Positions 7,375-16,432 of a DNA stretch of 64,000 nucleotides are shown piece after piece. Positions within the stretch are counted from its first letter, which is position 1. Each line of letters starts with the position of its first letter. This stretch comes from an uncultured Eubacteriales bacterium (lineage in GTDB: Bacteria > Acidobacteriota > Aminicenantia > Aminicenantales > Saccharicenantaceae), in assembly GCA_964525875.1 (NCBI GenBank), contig CAZGJS010000005.1, forward strand, positions 143,184 to 207,183, written 5' to 3'. The notes beneath the pieces were generated by a model that was given only the letters and a program-made list of their open reading frames with translations, ran no database searches and had not been told where the DNA came from. A program made the translations under genes and the position numbers.

Positions 7375-9585
7375 TCAGGTCCTCCACCAGTAGGAGAACT
7401 TGACGAAAAGGTACCGCCCGGTCGAGCGGAAGACACCGGTCACGTCCTTCTCCCGGCCGTCGTCGTACCCGAAGTAGAAAACGGTTCCCTGGTTGAGCTG
7501 ATAGCTCAGCAGGAAGCTCATGTAGATCTTCCTGTAGTAATCGTTCCAGTCGGCGATCAGCCGGACGGAGAGCGGCTTGGAGAGCTGGTAGCTGACCCTC
7601 TCGCTGATGATGTTGACCCGGTATACACGCTCTCCTCCCCGCGTCATGCGGAAGTCGTTGTTCGTGTAGGACGTGAAGAGGCGCAGGCTGGCCAGGGGCT
7701 TGAGGGTCACGGTCGCCGACCAGCCCGCCTTGTAGCCGAGGAAGGGGTCGTCCGAATAATAGATCCCGTCGCCGAAGCCGTAGGAAAACCGGCCGCTGAG
7801 CCAAGCCAGGGGCTCGGCCGAGAGGTTGAACCGCCACTCCCGGGTCTTGAAATCGACGCCGTTGTATTTTTCGAAGGCATCCTGGTAATTCATCCAAAAG
7901 AAGGACTGCCCCCAACCGCTGACCATCAGGGAAAACTCGGTTTCCGTGTCGGTCAGCGTCCGGTTGAAGTCGTAGATCCGCCGATAGTTCAGAGAGGGCG
8001 TGACCGAAATGACATAGTCGTTTTGGGGAAGCAGAGAATACGCGACCCGCGCGGTCAAAGCATGGATGTCCTTGCGCCGCAGGAAACCGGCCGCCGCCTC
8101 GAAGTCGGGGTGAATGCTCGTCCAGTCGGCCGAGAGCTGGAGATGGCGCGACTGCCGGCTGAGGCCGAGGGTGAGGGCCGGAGCGAAGCCTGTTTTCGTT
8201 TCCCCCAGGCGGGTCTGGGAACCGAGCGCCTGGAAGGTGAACCGGTAAAAACGGGCGAATTTGAAAAGCCCGTCCACTCCGGCTACCCGGTTGTAGTTCC
8301 GGGTCAGCGACTCGCCCTCGTAGCCCATTTCCTTGTCCGTCAGGATGAACCCTATGGAGGACTCGGAAAAAAGGTCCAGCCTCATTCTGACGACGTTGAA
8401 CAGCCCGCGAGGCCTGACGTCGAAGACCTCCGGAGGCGTCGCCCCGGGGATGTCCAGGTCGGGCGAATTCTGGTCAAGAACGCTCATGAAACCGAGGGTT
8501 GTCTTGCCGATCTTGCCGGAAAGCTTAGCTCCCCATTGGGGGTCGACGAGCTTCCTCGTGTACAGAACTTCGATCGGAGTTTCGTAGAAATCCTTGCCTT
8601 CCAGGAAGAAGGGCCGTTTCTCCGGAAAATAGAGAGCGTATCGCTGGTTGACGTCGACCTGGGGGATGTCGGCTTCGATCTGGCTGAAATCAGGGTTGTA
8701 AGTGGCGTCCGCCGTCAGGTCGGACGTTATCCCGTATTTGAGGTTGAACCCGCCCTGAGGGTCGAGCTTTTCACCGCTGGCCTTGGCCCCGGTGACGACG
8801 GGCATGAGCTCGAGGTTTTTCCCTTTTTCGATCGGACCGAGGATGCGGACCCGGCCGGCCTGGACGAGGAACCCGTTGACGTTCCTCGACCGCGGCGACC
8901 AGTAAACCTCCTCGCTCTTCCTGCGGATGGACCGCATGACCTGGAAGCCCCAGCTCTGTTCCGCGGAGTTGGGGAAGCGGAGGCTCTTGAAGGGGATGGC
9001 CATTTCGACAGTATAGCCCTCGCCGTCGACCTCCGCAGCGGCCCTGAAAAACGTGTCCCAGCTGCGGTCGACGCGGTCGAAGCCCATTCCGCCGCCGCCC
9101 CGGCGGCCGGTCGGCTCGGTGTAGACGCCGTCGCTCTGGATGCCGCAGGGGTTGACCTGGAAGACGAAAGCCCGTTTCATATCGTTGAAGGTGTCGAGAT
9201 AGATCGACACCTCGTCGTCTCCCATGACCTTGTCCCGCTGGGTCAGAGAAGCCCGGATCGCCTTGGGGTCGGAATCGTAACATCGGATGGCGATGTAGAG
9301 GTTTTTGGCGTCGTGGCCGACGTAGGCGACGGTTCTTTCCGACGGCGGGGAGCCTTCCTGAGGCTCGTACTGGGTGAAGTTTTCAAGAACCGCGCCCGCT
9401 TCCCAGATCGCCGGGTCGAGCTTCCCGTCGATTACGGGCTCGCGCTCGAACCGCGGGGCCTCCAGGGTATAGGCAGCGAGACCGGGCCTAGTGGCAGCCC
9501 TTCCCCCCGCGGCCGCGGCGACGCGGATCCCCGCAAAGGCCAGGAGGGCCGCTATGATCAAGGATTTTCGGGTCGCCGCGTTCAT
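7375..9585 (-). CDS. DUF5916 / carbohydrate-binding family 9-like outer-membrane protein
   Basis: 736 aa, signal peptide; the N-terminal IDGKLD...W......F.Q.EP..G...SE.T.....D...LY pattern is typical of this family; beta-rich C-terminus ending in an aromatic residue. Confidence 0.7.
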   Translation of the reverse strand: MNAATRKSLIIAALLAFAGIRVAAAAGGRAATRPGLAAYTLEAPRFEREPVIDGKLDPAIWEAGAVLENFTQYEPQEGSPPSERTVAYVGHDAKNLYIAIRCYDSDPKAIRASLTQRDKVMGDDEVSIYLDTFNDMKRAFVFQVNPCGIQSDGVYTEPTGRRGGGGMGFDRVDRSWDTFFRAAAEVDGEGYTVEMAIPFKSLRFPNSAEQSWGFQVMRSIRRKSEEVYWSPRSRNVNGFLVQAGRVRILGPIEKGKNLELMPVVTGAKASGEKLDPQGGFNLKYGITSDLTADATYNPDFSQIEADIPQVDVNQRYALYFPEKRPFFLEGKDFYETPIEVLYTRKLVDPQWGAKLSGKIGKTTLGFMSVLDQNSPDLDIPGATPPEVFDVRPRGLFNVVRMRLDLFSESSIGFILTDKEMGYEGESLTRNYNRVAGVDGLFKFARFYRFTFQALGSQTRLGETKTGFAPALTLGLSRQSRHLQLSADWTSIHPDFEAAAGFLRRKDIHALTARVAYSLLPQNDYVISVTPSLNYRRIYDFNRTLTDTETEFSLMVSGWGQSFFWMNYQDAFEKYNGVDFKTREWRFNLSAEPLAWLSGRFSYGFGDGIYYSDDPFLGYKAGWSATVTLKPLASLRLFTSYTNNDFRMTRGGERVYRVNIISERVSYQLSKPLSVRLIADWNDYYRKIYMSFLLSYQLNQGTVFYFGYDDGREKDVTGVFRSTGRYLFVKFSYWWRT

Positions 9586-9651
9586 GGTTCAGCCCGCCAT
9601 TATACGCGAACAGCCCCGATTTACCATAAAGCTGCGGTGGATTCCCCCGGC

Positions 9652-11229
9652 TCAATCCAGGCCGGGGGCGATGTCCGAGAGCTTGATATTCTTCGTCTTC
9701 AGGTTCGTGCCCATCGCCTTTTCGAGCGAAGCCAGCGAGACGTTGTAGGAAATGATGGCGTTGAGCTCGGAGATGCGGGCGTTGGCCAGGTCCCGCTGGA
9801 ATTGAAGGACCATGTAGTTGGTGCTCAGCCCGACCCGCCGCTTTTCCTCCTCGGCCGCGAGCTTCTGTTCGGATAGCTCCCTGGCCGTCGTGAAGGCGAG
9901 GATCCTCTTGTAGTTGGCCTCGACGGACCGGACGGCGTTCTTGATCTCGAGATAGATCTGCTCCTTCTGGTTCTCGAGCTCGAGCATGGCCTGCCGCATG
10001 TTCAGCCGCGCCTGAGCCAGGTTCGCCTTGGAGAAGATGTTGGCCAGGGGGATGCTGAGCGTCAAGCCCAGGTTCCAGTTCGGGTATTGGAAACTGGTGG
10101 TCTGCTTCAGGGCGCCGCTGATGCCGCCCGGGACGGTATAGTCAACGATCCCATCGAGAGGGCTCCCGATATAGAAGATCCGGGTGCCGTCGATGCCGGG
10201 GGCGTATAACGACCCCGTGAGGGTGAGGTCGGGCAGGTTCTGGTTCTTGGCGTAGCTGAGGTTGAGTTTTTCCGTTTCGAGGCCGATCCGGGAGATCTCG
10301 AGGTCGGTCCTGTTCTGGATGGCCGTCGCCAGGGCTTCCTCGAGGTCGACCGTCTTCTGGACATACGTGGGCTTGTCCTTGGGCACGACGGCCGTGATCC
10401 TCTTGTCCTCGTCGCCGCTGATGTTGAGGAGGAGCTTGAGCTGGTCTTCGTCGCTTTGGATCTGGGTCTCCGCCTGGATGAGGTCGGCCTCGCGGGTGGC
10501 CACTTCGGCTCGGGCGCTCAGGACTTCCATGGGGGCCAGAGTGCCGACCTCGACCGACCGCTGGTTCTTCTCGAGGAGATCCCTGGCGAGCTGGAGGGAC
10601 TGGCGGCGCACGTCGAGGTTCTCGATACTGTAGACCAGGTTCCAGTAGGCGCTCTCGACATTGTAGACGGTGTCCGTCAGGGTCCTCTTGAGATTCTCCT
10701 CCGAGACCCCGAGGTTGTTCATGGCTATGCGGATTTCCCGGCGGGCCATTTTGAAGCCGAAGTTCCGGAGGAGGGGCTGGTTGAAATTGAACCGGATCGT
10801 CGTCCCGTAACGGGGGTTGATCGTCTGGCCGATCCGGTTGGTCGCCGTTTTATAGCCCGTGAAGTCGAGGCTGAACGTTCCTCCGGTCGGCAGGGCCTGG
10901 CTGGCATTGAGGAACGTGAAGTTCTGGGTTTTGTCGACCAGGCTTTCGCTAGCGTCGAGGTAGGAATAGGAGGCGTTCTCCGTGCTTCGGGTGCCGGCGC
11001 TCAGGCTCATCGTCGGGATGTATTTTTCCTGGGCTCGGGTGACGCCTTCGCTCGAGATCTCGGGGCCGAGGATCTGGATGGCGACGCCCAGGTTGTCCTT
11101 CAGGGCCTTGACGATGCATTCATCGAGGGACATCGATAGCGTGCTCTTGGCGTCCTGGCCGAAGCCGGGGGCCGCCAGGAAGAGGGCGAGAACCATCAGG
11201 GGGAACAGGGCTTTTTTTCTCATGTTCAT
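9652..11229 (-). CDS. TolC-family outer membrane efflux protein
   Basis: 525 aa, signal peptide, two-repeat coiled-coil/OEP architecture. Confidence 0.85.
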   Translation of the reverse strand: MNMRKKALFPLMVLALFLAAPGFGQDAKSTLSMSLDECIVKALKDNLGVAIQILGPEISSEGVTRAQEKYIPTMSLSAGTRSTENASYSYLDASESLVDKTQNFTFLNASQALPTGGTFSLDFTGYKTATNRIGQTINPRYGTTIRFNFNQPLLRNFGFKMARREIRIAMNNLGVSEENLKRTLTDTVYNVESAYWNLVYSIENLDVRRQSLQLARDLLEKNQRSVEVGTLAPMEVLSARAEVATREADLIQAETQIQSDEDQLKLLLNISGDEDKRITAVVPKDKPTYVQKTVDLEEALATAIQNRTDLEISRIGLETEKLNLSYAKNQNLPDLTLTGSLYAPGIDGTRIFYIGSPLDGIVDYTVPGGISGALKQTTSFQYPNWNLGLTLSIPLANIFSKANLAQARLNMRQAMLELENQKEQIYLEIKNAVRSVEANYKRILAFTTARELSEQKLAAEEEKRRVGLSTNYMVLQFQRDLANARISELNAIISYNVSLASLEKAMGTNLKTKNIKLSDIAPGLD

Positions 11230-11274
11230 TCTCCTTGTCTTCAGCCGGCGGCCCTCAGATGAGAGCGCCGAAGT

Positions 11275-12519
11275 TTATTCGTACCTCAGGGCTTCGATCG
11301 GGTCGAGACGGGAGGCCTTCCGGGCCGGGTAGAACCCGAAGAAAATGCCGATCGTCGCGGCGAAGAAGAAGGCCATCAGGACCGATTCGAGAGAAACGAC
11401 GGTGTTGAACGAGGCGAACATCTTGATCTTCTTGATGAGCTTGGACGCGCCGATTCCGAAGCCGATGCCGATAAGCCCGCCCATCAGGCTGAGCACGACG
11501 GCCTCGGTCAGGAACTGGAGCAGGATGTCCTTCTCGCGGGCGCCGACGGCCATACGGAGGCCGATCTCGCGGATCCTCTCCGTCACGGAGACCAGCATGA
11601 TGTTCATGATCCCGATCCCGCCCACGAGGAGCGAGATCGAGGCGATGCTGCCGAGAAGGACGGTCATCATCTGGGTCGCCTCGGCGGCCGTTTCGGCGAT
11701 CTCGGACATGTTGCGGACGGTGAAATCGTCCTCCGCGCCCGGGGCGATCCTATGCCGGACCCGGAGGAGTTCCTCGATCTGGGCCTGAGCCTGAGACATC
11801 TGGTCCGCCGAAACCGCCCGGACGTCGACCGACTGGATATAGTCGATGCCCTGCAGGCGGCGCATGGCCGTCGTATAGGGGATCGTGATCATGTCGTCCC
11901 GGCTGCCGAACCCTCCCGACTCGCCCCTCTTCTTCAGGACGCCCAGGACCTTGAACGGGATCTTCTTGATCCGGATGACTTTTCCGACGGGGTCATCGTC
12001 CTCGAACAGGTTCGTCTTGACGTCGGCCCCGAGCACACAGACCTTGGCCGCGGACTTGACCTGGTTCTCGTCGAAATAGCTCCCGAACTCGACGTCCCAA
12101 TTGCGGACTTCCGGGTAGCGGTCCCCCGTGCCCGAGATCGAGGTGTTCCAGTTCTTGTTGCCGTAGACGGTCTGGGCCCGGGCGCTGACGGAGGGCGAGA
12201 TGTACATGACGGCCGGGCATTCCTGCCCGATCGCCGCGGCGTCCTCCTCCTTGAGCGTCTGCATGCTGCCCCACCCGCCGTGGACGCCCCGGGCGGCCTG
12301 GCTGCCGGGCGAGACGAAGAGGAGATTCGTCCCCATGGCGGCGAACCGGCTTTCGATGCCGCGCTTGGCCCCCTCGCCGATGCTGACCATGGCGATCACG
12401 GCGCCGACGCCGATGATGATCCCCAAGGCCGTGAGGAAGGACCTCATCTTGTTGCGGGCCAGGGCCCGGAAGGCCACCCGGCACGTTCTGACGCCGTGCA
12501 TGAGGGCTCGTTTCATCAT
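11275..12519 (-). CDS. MacB-type ABC transporter permease (MacB_PCD + FtsX)
   Basis: 414 aa; N-terminal TM, large periplasmic domain, C-terminal FtsX-like 3 TM ending ...ARKASRLDPIEALRYE. Confidence 0.9.
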   Translation of the reverse strand: MMKRALMHGVRTCRVAFRALARNKMRSFLTALGIIIGVGAVIAMVSIGEGAKRGIESRFAAMGTNLLFVSPGSQAARGVHGGWGSMQTLKEEDAAAIGQECPAVMYISPSVSARAQTVYGNKNWNTSISGTGDRYPEVRNWDVEFGSYFDENQVKSAAKVCVLGADVKTNLFEDDDPVGKVIRIKKIPFKVLGVLKKRGESGGFGSRDDMITIPYTTAMRRLQGIDYIQSVDVRAVSADQMSQAQAQIEELLRVRHRIAPGAEDDFTVRNMSEIAETAAEATQMMTVLLGSIASISLLVGGIGIMNIMLVSVTERIREIGLRMAVGAREKDILLQFLTEAVVLSLMGGLIGIGFGIGASKLIKKIKMFASFNTVVSLESVLMAFFFAATIGIFFGFYPARKASRLDPIEALRYE

Positions 12520-12553
12520 GATGAATTCTCCTTGGTAGACCTTCCCTTCCGGG

Positions 12554-13243
12554 TCAAGTCCGCTCTTCCCGGACGATGAGGCCGTCCTTCAAGTAGATCC
12601 TCTTCCTGGCCCAGGCGGCGATGTCGGGCTCGTGGGTGACCATGATCATTGTCATGCCCTTCTCTTCGTTGAGGGTCTTGAAGATGTTCATGATGTCCGA
12701 ACTCGTCTTGCTGTCGAGATTGCCCGTCGGCTCGTCGGCCAGGATCAGGGCCGGGTTGTTGAGCAGGGCCCGGGCGATGGCCACCCGCTGCTGCTCGCCT
12801 CCCGAAAGCTGGTTCGTCTTGTGATGGGCCCGGTCCGTGAGCCCGACGGCGGCGAGCGCGGCCATGGCCCGCGCCGTCATGTCTTTGCCGTTCGTGCTCG
12901 AGTAGAGAAGAGGCAGTTCCGCGTTCTCCAGGGCCGTTGTCCGGGCCAGGAGGTTGAAGCTCTGGAAGACGAAACCGATCTTCTGGTTCCGGATGCGGGC
13001 CAGTTTGTTCTTGTCGAACTTGGAGACTTCTTCTCCATCGAGGATGTATTCGCCCGAGGTCGGCTTGTCCAAGCAGCCGATGATGTTCATCAGGGTCGAC
13101 TTGCCGGACCCCGAAGATCCCATGACGGCCAGGAAGTCCCCTTTCTCGATCGTGTAGGACACCCCCTGCAGGGCGTCGACGTGGGTCTCCCCGATGTAAT
13201 ACGTCTTGGTCAGATTCCTGAGCTCGATGATGTTTCCAGACAT
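12554..13243 (-). CDS. ABC transporter ATP-binding protein (MacB/LolD type)
   Basis: 229 aa; Walker A GSSGSGKST, signature LSGGEQQRVAIARAL, Walker B LILADEPTG. Confidence 0.93.
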   Translation of the reverse strand: MSGNIIELRNLTKTYYIGETHVDALQGVSYTIEKGDFLAVMGSSGSGKSTLMNIIGCLDKPTSGEYILDGEEVSKFDKNKLARIRNQKIGFVFQSFNLLARTTALENAELPLLYSSTNGKDMTARAMAALAAVGLTDRAHHKTNQLSGGEQQRVAIARALLNNPALILADEPTGNLDSKTSSDIMNIFKTLNEEKGMTMIMVTHEPDIAAWARKRIYLKDGLIVREERT

Positions 13244-13270
13244 GGTCGTTCTCCCGCTCCGGGACGGCGC

Positions 13271-14653
13271 TTAGCGGCGGCCGCCCGGAGACCCGCCCAT
13301 GAACATCATCTGGTTCATCTGGGGCTGGTTAGCGGCGGCCCGGTTGGCCGGCGTTTCCGTTCCGGTGATGACTATGTCGCCTTCCTTGAGCTCGCCCCGG
13401 AGGATTTCCGAGTAACTCGTGTCCGAAACACCCGTCCGAAGGAATGACATTTTCAGCTTGCCGTCTTTGTCCAGGAGCCAAACGCGCGGCGCCTGCTGGC
13501 GCGCCCGGCCGGCCTGGCCTTCGCCGCCGCCCGGCATCCCGCCCTGGCGGTTGAACGCCACCTGACCGCCCTGGCCGGCCGGCTGGGCGCCGGCCCCGGC
13601 CGTAGCCGCGCCCGGCTGTCCACCCTGCGCCTGGCGCTGGGCCATCATCCGGTCCCTCATCTCCTGGGCCATCTTGGCCAGCTCCTCGGGGCTCAGGTTG
13701 GGGGTGAACCGAAGGGCCGCGTTCGAAACCCGCAGGACGTCCTTGGCCTCGCCGACGATGATGGACACGGTCGCGGTCATGCCGGGGAGGAGTTTTTTTT
13801 CCGGATTTTCGACGTTGACGATGGTCGTGTAGGTGACGACGTTCTGGACGGTCTCGGGCGAGAAGCGGACCTGCTGGACGATGCCGTTGAACGTCTCGTT
13901 CTGGTAGGCTTCGACCGTGAACCGGACCTTCTGCCCTTCCTTGACCTTGCCGATGTCGGACTCGTCGACGCTGCATTCGACCTTCATCTTGGTCAGGTCG
14001 GTGGCCACCTGGAAGAGGACCGGGGCTGCGTAGTTCGACTGGAGCGTCTGGCCGACATTGACTTTCCGGGTGATGATGACGCCGTCGACCGGAGCGCGGA
14101 TGACGGCGTAGGCCAGGTCGACCTTGCTCAGGTCGAGCGTGCTCTTGGCTTGGGCCAGGGTGGCTTCGGCCGAAACGAGGTCGCTTTTGGCGCCCAAATA
14201 CGCGGCCTCGGACGCCTCGATCTCCTCGATCGAAAGGAGGGCCTTGGCAAACAGGGCCTTGGCCCGTTCGTAGCCTTTTTCGGCCTGGGACAGGTTTACC
14301 TTGGACCGCTCGAGCGAGGCCATCCGGCTCTTGAAGTTGGCCTCGTTCTGGTCGATCTTCATCTTCAGGGGCTCCTGGTCGAGCTCGGCCACGATCTGGC
14401 CCTTGGTGACGGGCGAATTGAAGTCGGCGTAGAGCTTTTCGATCTTGCCCGAGACCTGGGCGCCGACGTCGACGATCTCGATCGGGTTCAGGGTGCCCGA
14501 AGTGACAACGAGGGCCTCGACGTCGCCGCGGGCGAGCGTCTCGGTTTTGTACTTGATCTCGCCGTTCTTGCCGTTACGGAACACCGTCAGGCCGAGAATG
14601 GCCCCGGCCACGATGACCAGGACGACGATGATCCAGATGATTTTTTTCTTCAT
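13271..14653 (-). CDS. Efflux periplasmic adaptor subunit (MacA/HlyD family)
   Basis: 460 aa; N-terminal TM, coiled-coil hairpin, beta-barrel domains, low-complexity Gly/Ala/Gln C-terminal region. Confidence 0.9.
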   Translation of the reverse strand: MKKKIIWIIVVLVIVAGAILGLTVFRNGKNGEIKYKTETLARGDVEALVVTSGTLNPIEIVDVGAQVSGKIEKLYADFNSPVTKGQIVAELDQEPLKMKIDQNEANFKSRMASLERSKVNLSQAEKGYERAKALFAKALLSIEEIEASEAAYLGAKSDLVSAEATLAQAKSTLDLSKVDLAYAVIRAPVDGVIITRKVNVGQTLQSNYAAPVLFQVATDLTKMKVECSVDESDIGKVKEGQKVRFTVEAYQNETFNGIVQQVRFSPETVQNVVTYTTIVNVENPEKKLLPGMTATVSIIVGEAKDVLRVSNAALRFTPNLSPEELAKMAQEMRDRMMAQRQAQGGQPGAATAGAGAQPAGQGGQVAFNRQGGMPGGGEGQAGRARQQAPRVWLLDKDGKLKMSFLRTGVSDTSYSEILRGELKEGDIVITGTETPANRAAANQPQMNQMMFMGGSPGGRR

Positions 14654-14665
14654 GGTTTGTCTCCT

Positions 14666-15121
14666 TTATCTCTCGCGGTCCGGCGGCTGCCTATTCGGCT
14701 CCCACCGTTCGCGCGGATCGTTTCGGTTGGTACTCTTTCGATTGGACTCGTTTCTCCGCCGTTCTTCATGCCGGCGTATCATCTCTTCCATCTTCTTCTT
14801 CTGCTCGGGGGTGAAGACCGCGTCGAGCTCGCCCTTGAGCATCTTGCGGATTTCGCCGAGCTTGGCGAGGCCCTCGGTCCGGTAGGTTTTCATCCGCTCT
14901 TCGTTCTTCTTGAAGATCTCGCGGATCTTCGCCTGTTGGTCCGGCGTCAGCTGGAGTTCCTTGGCCCAGGCGTCAAGGGACGGGATGTGCGTCCGTTCCG
15001 CCGCCGGCCGGCGGTATTTCTTGTGGACTAAGTATCGTTCTCCCAGCACGCCGGCGGCGGCACCGAGGCCGAAGACGGCGAGAATCAGCAGAGCGGCGAG
15101 GATCTTGTGTTTCGTTTTCAT
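14666..15121 (-). CDS. Periplasmic Spy/CpxP-like (LTXXQ-motif) protein
   Basis: 151 aa from ATG 15121 (MKTKHKILAALLILAVF...); LTPDQQ and FTPEQK motifs; ATGA overlap with the anti-sigma stop. Confidence 0.5.
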   Translation of the reverse strand: MKTKHKILAALLILAVFGLGAAAGVLGERYLVHKKYRRPAAERTHIPSLDAWAKELQLTPDQQAKIREIFKKNEERMKTYRTEGLAKLGEIRKMLKGELDAVFTPEQKKKMEEMIRRHEERRRNESNRKSTNRNDPRERWEPNRQPPDRER

Positions 15122-15606
15122 GGCATCGGCCTCCTCTCCGGCGTTTTCTCCTCTAGGGAGGCGAAGAGGAGCATCATGTTCCTCGTGTCCGCCTTGTCCG
15201 CCGAGAAAATCTGGCCGGTTTCGGAGAACGGGTCGACGTTCCCGAGGAGAAGGGCCTCGGATTGGCTCAGCTCGGCGGCCTGCGGCGTGAAAAACAAGGC
15301 CCCCGCGGCGATGCACACCAGGACCAGGAAGACGGGGATGGCCCGCAGGCACGATCTCTCCCAGAAGACGAGAGGCGCGATCTCCATCTCCTCACGCAGC
15401 CGGGGCTCGAGGCGCTCCCAGAAACGGGGAAGAGGAGCGGCCTCCCCGCCGTCCCGCAGCAGGGCGAGCATCGACCGGTATTCCGTTTCCGCCTTCCGGC
15501 AGGACGGACAGGCTTCGAGGTGTTTCCCGAGGAGGCCCGCCGAGCGTCCGTCGAGGCGTCCGTCGAGGGACCTCAGGATCCGTTTTTCGGCCGTTTTACA
15601 GTTCAT
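15118..15606 (-). CDS. Anti-sigma factor (zf-HC2 type, one TM)
   Basis: 162 aa; HLEACPSCR zinc-finger motif, central TM segment; overlaps the ECF sigma gene by 11 nt. Confidence 0.7.
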   Translation of the reverse strand: MNCKTAEKRILRSLDGRLDGRSAGLLGKHLEACPSCRKAETEYRSMLALLRDGGEAAPLPRFWERLEPRLREEMEIAPLVFWERSCLRAIPVFLVLVCIAAGALFFTPQAAELSQSEALLLGNVDPFSETGQIFSADKADTRNMMLLFASLEEKTPERRPMP

Positions 15607-16171
15607 TTGCCCCTCCCTCTCTCAACAGATAAGGAACCAGCTTTTTGCGGAGCATCCTCCGCGCCCGGTGGAGTCTGGAGTCCACGGTCCCCGGCGAAAG
15701 ATGGAGGGCCTGGGAGATCTGTTCGTAGGCCAGGCCCTGGATGTCCCGGAGCGTCACGATGACCCGGTATTTTTCGGGCAGCCCCTGGACGAATCTCTGG
15801 ACGAGCGTCCGCCGGGCTTCCGTCTCCCGTTCCAGCTCGGCCCGTTCCGTCTGTTCCTTGTTGGAGAAGGCGATCTCCTGGACGTCATCCAGGGAGACTT
15901 CCTTGGCCCGGCCCTTTTTCCGGAGATAGTCCTTGATATGGTTGATGGAGATCCGGTACAGCCAGGTCCCGAACTCCGATTTCCCGTGGAAGCGGGGAAG
16001 AGCCAGGTAGGCCTTCAGGAAAACTTCCTGGGCCAGGTCGTCGGCCGCCTCCCGATTCCGGGTGAAACTCAATGCCATGCTGAACACCTTGGACTGGTAT
16101 TTCGCGACCAGCTCCTCGAAGGCCGCCGGGCTTCCTTCTTGAGCCAGTCTAACCAGCTGTCTTTCTTCCAT
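15596..16171 (-). CDS. ECF (RpoE-like) RNA polymerase sigma factor
   Basis: 191 aa from ATG 16171; region 2 (DDLAQEVFLKAY) and region 4 (GLAYEQISQALHLSPGTVDSRLHRAR) motifs. Confidence 0.9.
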   Translation of the reverse strand: MEERQLVRLAQEGSPAAFEELVAKYQSKVFSMALSFTRNREAADDLAQEVFLKAYLALPRFHGKSEFGTWLYRISINHIKDYLRKKGRAKEVSLDDVQEIAFSNKEQTERAELERETEARRTLVQRFVQGLPEKYRVIVTLRDIQGLAYEQISQALHLSPGTVDSRLHRARRMLRKKLVPYLLREGGANEL

Positions 16172-16251
16172 GCGGATATTCTCACTTGTCCTCCGCACCC
16201 TATTAGACGGGGGGAGGGGCAAATTCTTCCCGGAGCCGGATCATTTTCTTC

Positions 16252-16278
16252 AACGCCGGCCCTTCGGATCCGGTTTCA
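16252..16278 (-). promoter_or_regulatory. ECF-type promoter candidate (autoregulation)
   Basis: TGAAAC (16278-16273) - 17 nt - CGTT (16255-16252) on the minus strand, ~80 nt upstream of the sigma factor ATG; resembles the ECF -35/-10 pattern. Confidence 0.3.
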
Positions 16279-16432
16279 ACAGGGATAAAAGGGGGCTGAC
16301 CTCTTCGCCGGGGCCCGGCTGTCCCTCGCCGGCGCATCCTATTATACAGGAAATCGTCGGCCCCGAAAATTGGGCCCCCAGATTATTTCGTCCCAGCCGC
16401 CCCGAAAACCCCCGGCGCGGGCCCGGGCGGAG

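Noticed and set aside
5915-7915. 666-aa ORF suggesting a large fused gene
   Set aside because: Only the C-terminal 325 aa (from ATG 6892) look like PdxA. The upstream part is low-complexity and overlaps the Hfq-like gene and the 3' end of the DUF5916 gene in other frames.
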